Both the position numbers and the translations under genes were made by a program. The notes under the pieces were generated by a model. It was given only the letters and a program-made list of their open reading frames with translations, was not told the DNA's origin and searched no databases. This document shows, piece by piece, positions 35,098-45,754 of a stretch of 55,218 bases of DNA. How positions within the stretch are numbered: position 1 is the stretch's first letter; every line of letters starts with the position of its first letter. The stretch comes from a virus. Its lineage: Duplodnaviria; Caudoviricetes. The DNA is taken from positions 1 through 55,218 of the IMG/VR virus record IMGVR_UViG_3300042337_000069; one strand, written 5' to 3'.

Positions 35098-35105
35098 GAT
35101 AAATA
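35098..35105 (+). promoter_or_regulatory. late promoter
   Basis: GATAAATA. Confidence 0.45.
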
Positions 35106-35110
35106 ACAAT

Positions 35111-35614
35111 ATGCAGAATTATACTCAGGACGAATTAACAGACTGGATTAATAATAAGGCTAAAGACCTAACGGCCGGTGTTGTTCAAAAGCGTTTGCTT
35201 AATTCTAAGAGAGCGGCGGGATCAGTTACTATAGGCAATCTATATTTCTTTAAGTATGATCCTAAGACAAAAGACAAGTTAACGATATATGATAAGTATC
35301 CTATGGCATTTCCTATCAAAATGTATGGTGATGGATTTCTAGGTTTGAACATGCACTACCTAGCAATGGGCGCTAGAAGACAATTTGTCAAGAATATTAA
35401 TGAGTATAGAGAGACAAGTCCCGAGTCTCGTTTTGATATTAATGCTGAGTTGTTTAACGAGTTGACCAGAACAAAACGCATCTATGATATGGTACCTCAA
35501 ACGGTTCATCGTTATTTGTTTAAGCAAATGAAATCAAGATTCATTACAATACTGCCGGAAGAATATGAGAAAGCAGTTCAATTACGAATAGACGAATGGG
35601 TAATTAAGGATTAA
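35111..35614 (+). CDS. gp2: DNA end protector gp2
   Basis: YFFKYDPKTK..L..YDKYP, FLGLNMHYL. Confidence 0.88.
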   Translation: MQNYTQDELTDWINNKAKDLTAGVVQKRLLNSKRAAGSVTIGNLYFFKYDPKTKDKLTIYDKYPMAFPIKMYGDGFLGLNMHYLAMGARRQFVKNINEYRETSPESRFDINAELFNELTRTKRIYDMVPQTVHRYLFKQMKSRFITILPEEYEKAVQLRIDEWVIKD

Positions 35615-35617
35615 CAA

Positions 35618-36451
35618 ATGGCTGTTGTAAGTAGTTTCTATGATCTTTTTCCTAAGATCAGTTATGATGCTAATAATCTCAAATCAAATCTGTCCAATTA
35701 CGAAGAAGTTACAAATATCTTCTTTCGTCTAGGTGTGATTCGTGAGGCACTAAACACTATATCATCATACTCTGTGTATGACATTGAAGAAAATGATACG
35801 CCCGAGATTGTTGCTGAGAAAGTTTACGGCGATGCAGGCGGCGCTTGGCTTGTTCTTATGACAAATAATATACTAGACCCTCAGTTTGATTGGCCTTTAG
35901 ATTACACATCATTCAATCAATTTATTGAAGTGAAGTATGGTTCTATCGAGACAGCATTAATCACGCCACATCATTTTGAAAAAGTTATTATAAGAAGAAA
36001 CAATAGAACCAATACAGAATCAGTTACACGTTTCATTGTCAACGAGGAACGTCTAACTGAAAACATGCCAGAAAATATTCCTTTTAGTTATTACAAACCA
36101 TGGACAACAACCACATATAGAACCGCCGACTCCACATTCTTCAATGCTGATAATGAATCGATTGATTTGCTTGCCGACCTTGACAACGGCGAAGAGTTCG
36201 GTGCCACACTTGATAGAGGTAATCTTGCATTAACAGGTGATTATACACCATCTACAACATACATTATTAATGGTGAACCTATTGAGATTATTACCAAAGG
36301 TGAACAAGTCAATTGCTATGAGTATGAGAAGCGTCTTAATGATGACAAACGTTCTATCAAGATTATTAAGAAAGAATATTATATACAGATACAGGATGAA
36401 CTTAAGTCAATGACATCTAACAGACCAACATACATTAGAAGAGTTCTTTAA
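35618..36451 (+). CDS. gp53: baseplate wedge protein gp53
   Basis: TPEIVAEKVYG, NNILDPQFDWP, YEYE...ND.KRSIKI. Confidence 0.85.
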   Translation: MAVVSSFYDLFPKISYDANNLKSNLSNYEEVTNIFFRLGVIREALNTISSYSVYDIEENDTPEIVAEKVYGDAGGAWLVLMTNNILDPQFDWPLDYTSFNQFIEVKYGSIETALITPHHFEKVIIRRNNRTNTESVTRFIVNEERLTENMPENIPFSYYKPWTTTTYRTADSTFFNADNESIDLLADLDNGEEFGATLDRGNLALTGDYTPSTTYIINGEPIEIITKGEQVNCYEYEKRLNDDKRSIKIIKKEYYIQIQDELKSMTSNRPTYIRRVL

Positions 36452-37692
36452 TGAGTTCGCTTGATTTTAACAAAGGCGGTACCAATGATCAAATGCGTTT
36501 GGTCAGAATTTCAGGTGACCTTGGCGGTGTCGATTATACGCAAGTAACAACAAAAGAAATTAATGCTACAGAAAGTTTGTTGACCCCAGGGTTACAGACT
36601 TCGGTAACTTTACAATCTCAGATTTATAACAATACAATATTCAAAAACTGGGATAGAACCAAGGGACAGAAACTACGCCTTGATCTTAAAGATGCTCTCG
36701 GTAATGAGATGACGATTGATCAACGTATTTACAGATTAGATAATCGTGAGTTTATGCCTCTCAATACCGGTCGAACAGAAGAAATGACATTTCATGCCTG
36801 TGACGCTTCATTGTTAGAAGATGCTAAACATCTCGTTTCTAAGTCATGGAAATGCACCACACCTGATGATATTGTTCGCTATTGTTTATCATCATGCCTC
36901 AGTGTAGATCATATGGATATACAAAAGTCTTCACCAGCAAGAGATTACATAGCAGACTCTATTCATCCATTTCAAGTTATTTCTCAAATGGCAAACATGG
37001 CTCTTGATGAGAATGACCCATCGTTTGTTCACTACATGACATATGGTGTCGGTTCTCAGTCACAACCCACACACCATTTCAAGTCACTTAAAAAGTTAAC
37101 GGCACAACCATCAAAGTTTACCTATTACAATACAGAAACAGGTCTTAGAGGTAATTCTGATTATAACAGTCAATCATCAGGCAACAAAGCAATTCACTTT
37201 ATGTTTCCGTGTGATTTTGATTTACTATCCGACCTACTCAATGGTGTTGATGAATCCGGTGCAGATATTAATATAGGCACATTCTTGAACGTTTCTGATG
37301 CCACTGGATCGGCACAAGGTGGTAATATCAACGGTTGTATTCAGAACGGCAATCTAAAAGTTTCGCTTACAAACAAAGGCACTTCTAAGCAACAAAATGG
37401 ATGCGATACAGAAGTCGAAAAGTATTTGCTTCGTCGTCAGGCTCGTATGGGACTCTTAGAAAAAGATAAGGTGACTTTTCGTCTTATAGCACCATGGAAT
37501 CCTAATTTACATGCAGGTGATGTTATAACTTTTAAATGGAAAGACAAAGACGATACTGGCACTTTGATATATGGTTCTGGTGATTATTTGATTGTATCAA
37601 TGACACATAAGATTAGATTGGGCGGTTACGCCACGACCACATTTGATTGTGTGGCGAAAACGGTAGGACAGGGAAAAATAGATCATGAGTAA
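36451..37692 (+). CDS. baseplate hub protein (gp27-like)
   Basis: HFKSL, LHAGDVI, GDYLIVSMTHKI; position in module. Confidence 0.6.
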   Translation: MSSLDFNKGGTNDQMRLVRISGDLGGVDYTQVTTKEINATESLLTPGLQTSVTLQSQIYNNTIFKNWDRTKGQKLRLDLKDALGNEMTIDQRIYRLDNREFMPLNTGRTEEMTFHACDASLLEDAKHLVSKSWKCTTPDDIVRYCLSSCLSVDHMDIQKSSPARDYIADSIHPFQVISQMANMALDENDPSFVHYMTYGVGSQSQPTHHFKSLKKLTAQPSKFTYYNTETGLRGNSDYNSQSSGNKAIHFMFPCDFDLLSDLLNGVDESGADINIGTFLNVSDATGSAQGGNINGCIQNGNLKVSLTNKGTSKQQNGCDTEVEKYLLRRQARMGLLEKDKVTFRLIAPWNPNLHAGDVITFKWKDKDDTGTLIYGSGDYLIVSMTHKIRLGGYATTTFDCVAKTVGQGKIDHE

Positions 37693-39097
37693 TGCTTCTA
37701 CTCCAGCACACAAGCAAGGACAAATTACACCAATGGTGATTGCTGGTGGTAATAAAAACAGCGTCACTGGTGTTTCAGAAAGACAAGATGGGTCGGCACC
37801 TGTCTTCGATCCATTGCGTTGGTCACAAGAGGATGTTGATCCTAACGATCTTTGGTTCTCTGGACTATCATCTTTACCAACAGCATTCGGCCAGAATAGT
37901 TTTATGGCGCCTCCTGATCCAGGCACAATTGTATATGTATTGAAACAGATGGGCGAGCCTGGTGGTATTATTCTGGGTATGTCTAATACTGTTCGTAATG
38001 GTGGTGATGGTGGTGGCGCAGGTGGAACCGATATTATGAACGGTTCATTTATGCAGCAACTTAAGAATGAAAAAGTTCCTGTTAGTATTCCACCTAAACT
38101 AAAAGAGACTACAGAACGTGGTGCTAAGATTCGTAAGATCGAAGAAAAGGGTGAAGAACATTCATTAGGTCTATTAGACGGTCTGCCTATTCACGGTGCA
38201 CTATTTCAGATGACAGGATTTAAACTTCCTGAAATTAAGAACGTGCCGACTGCTAAACAAAAAAATGACAAGATGATGAATAACCAGATGATGCAGCAGC
38301 TCCCTGGTCAGATCATGTCAATGGCACAAATGTTCCAAGGGTTAATGAGTAAAGGAGGAAGCGGAGGAGCGGGTGCTGGTAATCAGACCTACATGCAGCA
38401 AATCAATAATAAAGTTCCTCCACATGTGCAGACTGCCGTTAAGTCGCTATCAAAACTTGTGCAGGGACTAGACGCCGAAGGAGGTGTTGAGTTTGTTACA
38501 GGCGGTGTAGTTCATGAAGATACTTACTTAGAAAACTCTGCTAATCTGTTATCACAATGCACCTCTGTTCATGATATTATGTCATGTATGCAGCGCCTAC
38601 AGTGGGATACATCTCTATTCGGTCATGATAAATTAAATTCAGTAGAATATACAATTGATACAGCACACGGTCCTGCAAAACAAATTGTTGACTTTGATGG
38701 AACGGTTCAGGTTGTTTATGATGCTAATACCATGAACAATATGAACAACTGGGCGAATGTTGTATCAAGCAATACATATTCACCTGGTGTTGGTTCGGCG
38801 CCACCTAGTTCTCCCTCATCAGGATCGAATGCTGGAGGTGGACAGGGATCAATGATGAATAATATGTTTGGACAGTCTTCTAAGATTATGCAGGAGATGT
38901 TCAAGCGTCTAGCACCACAGCAAGAAAAAGAAGCAAAGAAAATGCATGAGAAGTTGAATAGAAGCGGAACTGCCAATAAACTACAGAATATTGCTAAAGA
39001 TACAATAGAAGGCGGAGAGCCTCTTAGTAAAGAACATTATAAGTCTGACGGATCCTCAGTGGGTTCAGGTCAATTCAGTTTGCAGTTTTTGGAGTAA
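37685..39097 (+). CDS. baseplate-associated protein, possibly gp5 N-terminal (OB-fold) part
   Basis: PDPGTIVYV...GIILG resembles the gp5/VgrG OB motif; lies between hub and spike. Confidence 0.45.
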   Translation: MSNASTPAHKQGQITPMVIAGGNKNSVTGVSERQDGSAPVFDPLRWSQEDVDPNDLWFSGLSSLPTAFGQNSFMAPPDPGTIVYVLKQMGEPGGIILGMSNTVRNGGDGGGAGGTDIMNGSFMQQLKNEKVPVSIPPKLKETTERGAKIRKIEEKGEEHSLGLLDGLPIHGALFQMTGFKLPEIKNVPTAKQKNDKMMNNQMMQQLPGQIMSMAQMFQGLMSKGGSGGAGAGNQTYMQQINNKVPPHVQTAVKSLSKLVQGLDAEGGVEFVTGGVVHEDTYLENSANLLSQCTSVHDIMSCMQRLQWDTSLFGHDKLNSVEYTIDTAHGPAKQIVDFDGTVQVVYDANTMNNMNNWANVVSSNTYSPGVGSAPPSSPSSGSNAGGGQGSMMNNMFGQSSKIMQEMFKRLAPQQEKEAKKMHEKLNRSGTANKLQNIAKDTIEGGEPLSKEHYKSDGSSVGSGQFSLQFLE

Positions 39098-39103
39098 TAG
39101 ACA

Positions 39104-40309
39104 ATGGCAAAAGAGAATCCTAATAAGTCTGCGAAAGAAACACAAGATGAAATGCACTTTCGTGGTACTCCAAGAAACGAAAAAGGTGCTGGTGAAAACC
39201 CCAATTATTGGACATGGAAAGATCGTTCGGGTAATAACTTTGGTGCTGATGCGTCTAAAGGTAATGAGTCGATGTGGTTTCAACATCGTTCTGGTACCGC
39301 TATTGAAATGCATCCTGATGGTGCTCTACACGTTACAGCACACAACGGTAAGTTTGAAATTGTCTTTGGTGAAGACAGAGTAACAATTTCTGGCGCACAA
39401 GATATTACAGTCAAAGGTGATGCATCTCTCAGAGTGTTTGGTGATTACAACGTCACATGTCATAAGAATTATAATCTAACCGTCATGGGTGATTATAATG
39501 TCACATCTAAGAACCTCAACAGACATATTCGTGGCAACATGGACACACAAGCAAAAAACGTCAATAAGAAGGTTGAAGGTTCTATTAACTATCAGGCTCA
39601 CGGTGCTGCTGCTTATGTATCTAAAGGTGCCACAACGGTTGCTTCTCAAGGTGATAAGTTGTTTGCCGGAGGTTCTGCTGGTCTTCATGCTTCTGTTGCT
39701 AACGAAGGTGATATGTCATTCTATAACGAAAAGGGTGATATGTTTCATGAGACCAAAGACGGTAAGTCTGATCAGAAGTATGCCAGCAATGATAAGACTG
39801 TAAAGATTATGCATAAAGACGGCAAAACAGATCATACAGCCGACGAGGAAATTACGACAACATCAACTAACAAAGGCATTACTACAACTGCTAAACAAGA
39901 TATTACCACTAAGTCACAGCAAGGTGGTATTCAGATGAAAGCCGATCAAGGTTCCATTTCTGCTGACGCTCAACAGAACATTGAAGTTAAATCGCAGCAA
40001 GACACACACGTTATTGCACAAGGTCATGCTGCCGTCGAAGGTGGTTCAGGTACTACGGTAGGTAATGCGACTGCTACAACAAACGTAGTCGGCGGTGGTA
40101 GCGGTGTTAATATTGAACCTATTTCAGGCCTACTCAATCTTGCTCCAGGTGGTACATCACCATTTGGTGGTCTCGGTCAGTTGGCGTTTGACTTTCTTAC
40201 AGGCGATCAAGCAGAAGGTGTTCAAGATCGTAAATCTAGTAGAGCAGATCAACCACAGGCTGAGGCAGATGCTTCTAGCTGGATTGATGCTCTTGATAGA
40301 ACGGCATAA
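39104..40309 (+). CDS. baseplate spike beta-helix (gp5 C-terminal-like)
   Basis: HRSGTAIEMHPDG; V.GD/GN 8-residue repeats. Confidence 0.75.
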   Translation: MAKENPNKSAKETQDEMHFRGTPRNEKGAGENPNYWTWKDRSGNNFGADASKGNESMWFQHRSGTAIEMHPDGALHVTAHNGKFEIVFGEDRVTISGAQDITVKGDASLRVFGDYNVTCHKNYNLTVMGDYNVTSKNLNRHIRGNMDTQAKNVNKKVEGSINYQAHGAAAYVSKGATTVASQGDKLFAGGSAGLHASVANEGDMSFYNEKGDMFHETKDGKSDQKYASNDKTVKIMHKDGKTDHTADEEITTTSTNKGITTTAKQDITTKSQQGGIQMKADQGSISADAQQNIEVKSQQDTHVIAQGHAAVEGGSGTTVGNATATTNVVGGGSGVNIEPISGLLNLAPGGTSPFGGLGQLAFDFLTGDQAEGVQDRKSSRADQPQAEADASSWIDALDRTA

Positions 40310-40312
40310 ATA
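40305..40312 (+). promoter_or_regulatory. late promoter
   Basis: CATAAATA. Confidence 0.45.
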
Positions 40313-40331
40313 AAAGAAATAGAGGAACCTT

Positions 40332-40736
40332 ATGTCTGTCAATCAAATCAATAGAGATCCTGACTACTCAGACCTGGATTTAGATTTTATTCTAAACCCA
40401 TCAACCAATGATGTGAGTAGAAAGACTGGTAATGCTGCCATTCAACGTTCTATTCGTAATTTGATTTTGACAAACTATTACGAGAGACCGTTTCAGTCTC
40501 AGATTGGTTCTGATGTTACAAGGTTGCTATTCGAACCTACAACATCCATCACATCGATTCAATTAGAAAAAGTAATTAGACTTTGTATTGAAAACTTTGA
40601 ACCTAGAGTTAGGTTGCAGAATGTTAAAGTCTCTTATAGAGAAGATGAATATGGATTTGCTGTTACATTAGAATATGTAATTTTAAATAGAAATCTACCT
40701 GTAGTTACTACAATGTTCCTAGAAAGGATTCGCTGA
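40332..40736 (+). CDS. gp25: baseplate wedge subunit gp25
   Basis: YSDLDL, SIRNLILT..YERPF, FEPRV. Confidence 0.92.
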   Translation: MSVNQINRDPDYSDLDLDFILNPSTNDVSRKTGNAAIQRSIRNLILTNYYERPFQSQIGSDVTRLLFEPTTSITSIQLEKVIRLCIENFEPRVRLQNVKVSYREDEYGFAVTLEYVILNRNLPVVTTMFLERIR

Positions 40737-40741
40737 TAGCC

Positions 40742-42820
40742 ATGGCCAATAATGCACTCAGAGTTGCAGACTTAGACTTCTTTTCTATTCGCAACAACCT
40801 TAAAAACTATCTTAAAAATCAGTCCCAGTTTCAGGATTATGATTTTGAAGGCTCTGGTATGTCCGTGCTGCTTGATGTCCTTGCTTATAACACATATTAT
40901 AATTCTTTCTACCTTAACATGGCAGCTAACGAATCATTTCTAGACACAGCACAAATTCGTAACAACATTCTATCACACGCTAAGTTGGTGAATTATATTC
41001 CTATGTCCAAGCGTGGCGCAGAGGCTGTTGTTGATCTAATTGTCACACCGGGTCCTACAGAAGATCAAGACGTAAACTATATCACTCTAGACAAATATAC
41101 AAACTTTCTAGGTGCAGATAAGGATATGGTCAATTATCCTTTCGTCACAATGAATGCTAACACTGTTAATAAAGTTAACGGATCATTCACATTTTCTAAT
41201 GTCATTATTCGTCAGGGTGAAGCAGTCACCAGACAATTTCCAGTTACGGGAAATAATTCGACCAGACGCTTTCAGATTCCTTCCGCTAATGTTGATACAT
41301 CAACTATTACAGTTGTTGTTCAAGAGTCAGCTTCTAATTCGACTACAACTCTCTACACACTAGCAGACAACTTCATTGAACTAAGAAGCAATTCTGCGGT
41401 TTACTTCCTTGAGGAAGATCATGACCTACAATATACCATTTACTTTGGTGATGGTACATTTGGTCAACGTCCTGCAAACGGTAATATCGTTCAAGTTACT
41501 TATCTTGATACTGTAGGTACTAAGGCAAATAGTATTGTCAAGTTTGCTCCAACAGACGGCGATGGCATTGCAGGGTTTAAAAGTAATGTTATTGTCAGAC
41601 TAGTGCAATCATCTAATGGTGGTTCTGAAAAAGAAACTGATGATCAAGTTCGTTTTCGTGCACCTCTTTATTATACAACTCAGAATCGTGCTGTTACTAA
41701 GTCTGATTATGAATCCCTTATCACCAAAGATTTTCCTAATATTGAGGCAGTCACAACATGGGGCGGTGAAGAGAACGACCCTCCAATCTACGGTAAAGTA
41801 TTCACATCTCTTAAGACAAAGGGATATTATGTTCTAACAAATCTTGAAAAAGAAGAAATTAGAAACACTCTTATTAAGAACAGAAGCGTTCTTACCGTTG
41901 ACCCTGAGATTGTCGACCCGGAGTATGTGTTTGTCATGATTCGTGGTGACATGAAGTATAACCCTCTATTGACAAATAGGACTTCCGATCAGATCAATAC
42001 ATTAATCAAGCAGTCTATCTTTGATTACACCGTTATAGAACTATACACATTCAAGTCAACCTTTAAACTATCTAAGTTGCAGTATTTCATGGAAAGTTCT
42101 GACCCTTCCATTACTTCATCTGATATCGATATTCTTCTTCAAAGAAGAGTTAAGTTAGAAGTAGGCGGAACAAATACATATATTGTTAACTTTAACACAC
42201 CTCTTAGAAAAGGTGATTATACATATAAGTTTAATACATTCCCAAGTGTCAGTGTATATGACTCGGCAGGTATCAGACGCAGTGTGTTTTTTGAAGAAAC
42301 ACCAGAGTCCTATACAGGTGTGGATACTGTCGATATTATCTCAGCAGGTATCAACTACACATCAAAGCCTGTTATCACTATCACCGGTGACGGCACGGGC
42401 GCTGTGGTCGAACCAACCGTTGTGAATGGTAGAATTGTTTCTATTAAAATTGTAAACCCTGGTATCAATTACACAAGAGCATTTGCTCAGATTACCGATC
42501 AGTATGGTTCGGGTGCTCTACTCTCTGTTAAACTAAGATCAGATTCAGCAACCATCAGATCATATTACTATAAGTCAAACGGTGAAAAAGTTTTTGTCAA
42601 TGAGGATGCAGGAACAATCAACTATAAGACAGGTAGAATTATTCTTGATTCATTGAACCCATTGGAAGTAGCATCAAATGACTTCTATGATCAAGATATC
42701 TTGACATTCAACGTTGTTCCGGAAAACACCGTTATTGATCCTTTGAGAAACCGTATTCTAGCAATCGATACAAATAACATTCAAGCAATTCAGCTAAGAG
42801 TAACACCTGAAACAGCATGA
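40742..42820 (+). CDS. gp6: baseplate wedge subunit gp6
   Basis: LDF..I..NL, DYDFEGS, LAYNT, FGDG, QNRAVT..DY. Confidence 0.93.
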   Translation: MANNALRVADLDFFSIRNNLKNYLKNQSQFQDYDFEGSGMSVLLDVLAYNTYYNSFYLNMAANESFLDTAQIRNNILSHAKLVNYIPMSKRGAEAVVDLIVTPGPTEDQDVNYITLDKYTNFLGADKDMVNYPFVTMNANTVNKVNGSFTFSNVIIRQGEAVTRQFPVTGNNSTRRFQIPSANVDTSTITVVVQESASNSTTTLYTLADNFIELRSNSAVYFLEEDHDLQYTIYFGDGTFGQRPANGNIVQVTYLDTVGTKANSIVKFAPTDGDGIAGFKSNVIVRLVQSSNGGSEKETDDQVRFRAPLYYTTQNRAVTKSDYESLITKDFPNIEAVTTWGGEENDPPIYGKVFTSLKTKGYYVLTNLEKEEIRNTLIKNRSVLTVDPEIVDPEYVFVMIRGDMKYNPLLTNRTSDQINTLIKQSIFDYTVIELYTFKSTFKLSKLQYFMESSDPSITSSDIDILLQRRVKLEVGGTNTYIVNFNTPLRKGDYTYKFNTFPSVSVYDSAGIRRSVFFEETPESYTGVDTVDIISAGINYTSKPVITITGDGTGAVVEPTVVNGRIVSIKIVNPGINYTRAFAQITDQYGSGALLSVKLRSDSATIRSYYYKSNGEKVFVNEDAGTINYKTGRIILDSLNPLEVASNDFYDQDILTFNVVPENTVIDPLRNRILAIDTNNIQAIQLRVTPETA

Positions 42821-45732
42821 CAGAATTATCAAATAACAAAACATCGGTACTAATTAAGTCACAAGTTCCTGCATTCGTCAGGGATGAACACGGACTATTT
42901 GTGCAGTTCTTAGAATCGTATTATCAATTCTTAGAACAAGACGGGCAGTTGTCTTATGTCACAAAGAATTTCTTAAACTTCTTAGATATCGATACCATCT
43001 ATCAAGATATTAATTCTGATGATAATATGGATTCGATGAATGATTATCATCAGTTCCTACAAAAGTTCTATGATAATTTTGCTGCTAAGATTCCTGAAAC
43101 ACTTTTATCTAATAAAGCACTATTGCTTAAACATGCCAAAGAGTTTTACGGTTCAAGAGGATCAGAGAAGTCTATTCGCTTTCTAATGCGAGCCTTGTTT
43201 AATGAAGAGGCGGATTTCTATTATCCTAAGAATGACATTCTTCGTGCATCTGATGGCAAGTGGTTTGTTGAACAGTCACTAAACGTAAAAGATTTTGCGG
43301 TTAATAATGTTGCTAACTCTACATGCTTTAGTCAGTTCATTGGTAGAACCATTCGTGGTGCCACATCTAATTCTACATGTAATGTAGAAACAGTTGATCA
43401 GTATTATGATAACGGCACTCTTGTTACAGAACTAAAGATTTCTGCGGTTGAACAGGACTTTATCAATGGCGAAAAGATTTTCACCTTCTTTGAAGAGAAC
43501 GGTGAAGTAAAGCATCTATCATGTAATCTATTCTCTGGCATCATCATTAACACAACTGTAACATATCCTGGATCTGGATATATTCAAGGTGCTTCTGTTC
43601 CTGTTGAAAGCAACTCCGGATCAGGTGCTATTGTTATCATTTCTAAGGTTGTTAAAGCTAATCTAGATGGTAAGATTAAGTCTGTTCTAGTTACTCTACC
43701 TGGTGCAGGTTTCAGAGTTAATGACCCATTGCTATTCACAGGCGGCGGCGGTAAGAATGCTGCGGCTATCATCTACTCAGTCAACGAAGACGAAACATTT
43801 CATAAATCTTCATATGATATTGTCGGTTCCAGAATCATTGATATTCAAAATCAACAAGTCGCCAATACCACAGATCCTAATGAAGGTTTTGCATATAGCA
43901 ACCTTGCTACACAATATGTCAATACAACTAATCTAACTGTCAGCACTATTCCAGGTTCATTTGTAACAGACGGAACACTTTCGGGTGCTTTAGAGACATC
44001 TAATGTTTACTTTGAAACCGGTGATAAGATGATCGTTTCTAATGTAGAGTATTACATTCTAGAGACAAACCGTTACGGTACATACATTCGTGTTAACCCA
44101 CCTGGTCTTCCTGGCGGTCTAACAAACGAAACAATCACAGTTATTAAGAAACCTAATGCCAATACTACAATGGCAAACTCTATGATCTATTGGACATATG
44201 CAAACTGTGGTCCTATTGTTTCTACACTTATTACAAATCCGGGTCAGAACTATGTCGAACTACCAACTGTAGACGTTCAATCAAACAGTTTCATTCGTGC
44301 CGCTGGTATTCTAGGACGTATGGAAATTATTGACGGCGGCCTCGGATATCAAAATGGTGATGAGATCGAGTTTATTAATCAGCCTGGTGACTATGGACAC
44401 GGTGCTAATGCTGTTGTAACTCTTGTTGATGCTAATGGTGTTATTGAACAAGTAACATTCTATTCATCTGACGGTGATAATGCAGGTGGTATGGGTTACT
44501 CTCTCAAAGCAATGCCTAGAGCAAACGTTATAACAACAACCGGTAATGGTGCTAACATTATGGTTACCGCAATCATTGCTGACGGTGAATTGCTTGAAGC
44601 AACATCTAACGTCATTGGTTCTATTGAGAGACTTAAAGTCCTATCAGGTGGCGCTGGTTATCTTACGAACCCAACTCTTAATCTTACTTCACAAGGCGAC
44701 GGCACTGCTAAGGCAATTGCCAATATCGTTACGGGTATCTTTACTTATCCTGGTCGTTATATCAATGACGATGGACACCTTTCAGGATATAACTTTATTC
44801 AAGATCGTGACTACTATCAGCCTTATTCATACGTTATTAAATCTAAAGTCTCTACAGACAAGTATAGAAAAGTTGTCAAAGAACTTACACATCCTGCCGG
44901 CATGAAGATGTTTGGACAGTTTGTGTATAGTGATCAGAATCAACAGAACGTTTCGGCCAATGTTGTTAATACTCTAATATACACATCAAATTCATATGCT
45001 AACTTGGTTGTAAAATTCAGTCGCTCAAACACTTTAAGTTTCGTCACAACAGGTGATTATGCTTACTTGACTTTTGATCGTAGAATTGGTGCACAGAACA
45101 CAAGAGCAAATCTTAATAACGTTTACTATGACACACAAAACATTTGGTATAATGCCGCAAATACAAAACAGTATGCCGTTGTGAATGGTAATACTTACTT
45201 TACATCAGCAGGTCTAAACTTTGACGGTATCTATAGTCAGGGTAACGCTATTGCTACACATGCTAACAGTATGAACGTATCGAATATCATGACAGTTATT
45301 GCTTGGGTTAAACAAGCAAATACATCCGGATATAAGGCTATCGTTGCTAAGAATAATACAGGATTCACTAGAGGGTTTGAGTTCTTTTTGTCCAATGGAA
45401 CGCCAACTGTGTATATGAGACCCGGTACCGCAAATAATACTATGACATTTGGACCTGCACTATCTAATACTGTATGGCACTGTGTCGCCTTTACATATGA
45501 TGGTGTCAACATTCGTGGATACTCAAACGGTGCATTCAAAGCAGTTTCAACTGGTATTTCCAACGCTGCATCAGATTCAACAGGCAGTTTGTTTATAGGT
45601 GCCAGAAACTTCCCATCTGCACCAATGATCTTTGAAGGTCAAATCGGCTCAGTTGAAATCTATAATAGAGTATTGTCAAATAACGAAATTCTTAATGTTT
45701 ATAACACTACCCGTAGAATATACGGCGTATAA
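42817..45732 (+). CDS. gp7: baseplate wedge initiator gp7-like, C-terminal LamG domain
   Basis: SRGSEKS..FL, IQDRDYYQPYSY, HPAGMKMFG; LamG-like WHCVAFTYDG...IYNRVLS. Confidence 0.8.
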   Translation: MTELSNNKTSVLIKSQVPAFVRDEHGLFVQFLESYYQFLEQDGQLSYVTKNFLNFLDIDTIYQDINSDDNMDSMNDYHQFLQKFYDNFAAKIPETLLSNKALLLKHAKEFYGSRGSEKSIRFLMRALFNEEADFYYPKNDILRASDGKWFVEQSLNVKDFAVNNVANSTCFSQFIGRTIRGATSNSTCNVETVDQYYDNGTLVTELKISAVEQDFINGEKIFTFFEENGEVKHLSCNLFSGIIINTTVTYPGSGYIQGASVPVESNSGSGAIVIISKVVKANLDGKIKSVLVTLPGAGFRVNDPLLFTGGGGKNAAAIIYSVNEDETFHKSSYDIVGSRIIDIQNQQVANTTDPNEGFAYSNLATQYVNTTNLTVSTIPGSFVTDGTLSGALETSNVYFETGDKMIVSNVEYYILETNRYGTYIRVNPPGLPGGLTNETITVIKKPNANTTMANSMIYWTYANCGPIVSTLITNPGQNYVELPTVDVQSNSFIRAAGILGRMEIIDGGLGYQNGDEIEFINQPGDYGHGANAVVTLVDANGVIEQVTFYSSDGDNAGGMGYSLKAMPRANVITTTGNGANIMVTAIIADGELLEATSNVIGSIERLKVLSGGAGYLTNPTLNLTSQGDGTAKAIANIVTGIFTYPGRYINDDGHLSGYNFIQDRDYYQPYSYVIKSKVSTDKYRKVVKELTHPAGMKMFGQFVYSDQNQQNVSANVVNTLIYTSNSYANLVVKFSRSNTLSFVTTGDYAYLTFDRRIGAQNTRANLNNVYYDTQNIWYNAANTKQYAVVNGNTYFTSAGLNFDGIYSQGNAIATHANSMNVSNIMTVIAWVKQANTSGYKAIVAKNNTGFTRGFEFFLSNGTPTVYMRPGTANNTMTFGPALSNTVWHCVAFTYDGVNIRGYSNGAFKAVSTGISNAASDSTGSLFIGARNFPSAPMIFEGQIGSVEIYNRVLSNNEILNVYNTTRRIYGV

Positions 45733-45735
45733 ATA
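45728..45735 (+). promoter_or_regulatory. T4 late promoter
   Basis: Perfect TATAAATA. Confidence 0.65.
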
Positions 45736-45754
45736 GTCTTAAAGAGAGAAAGTA

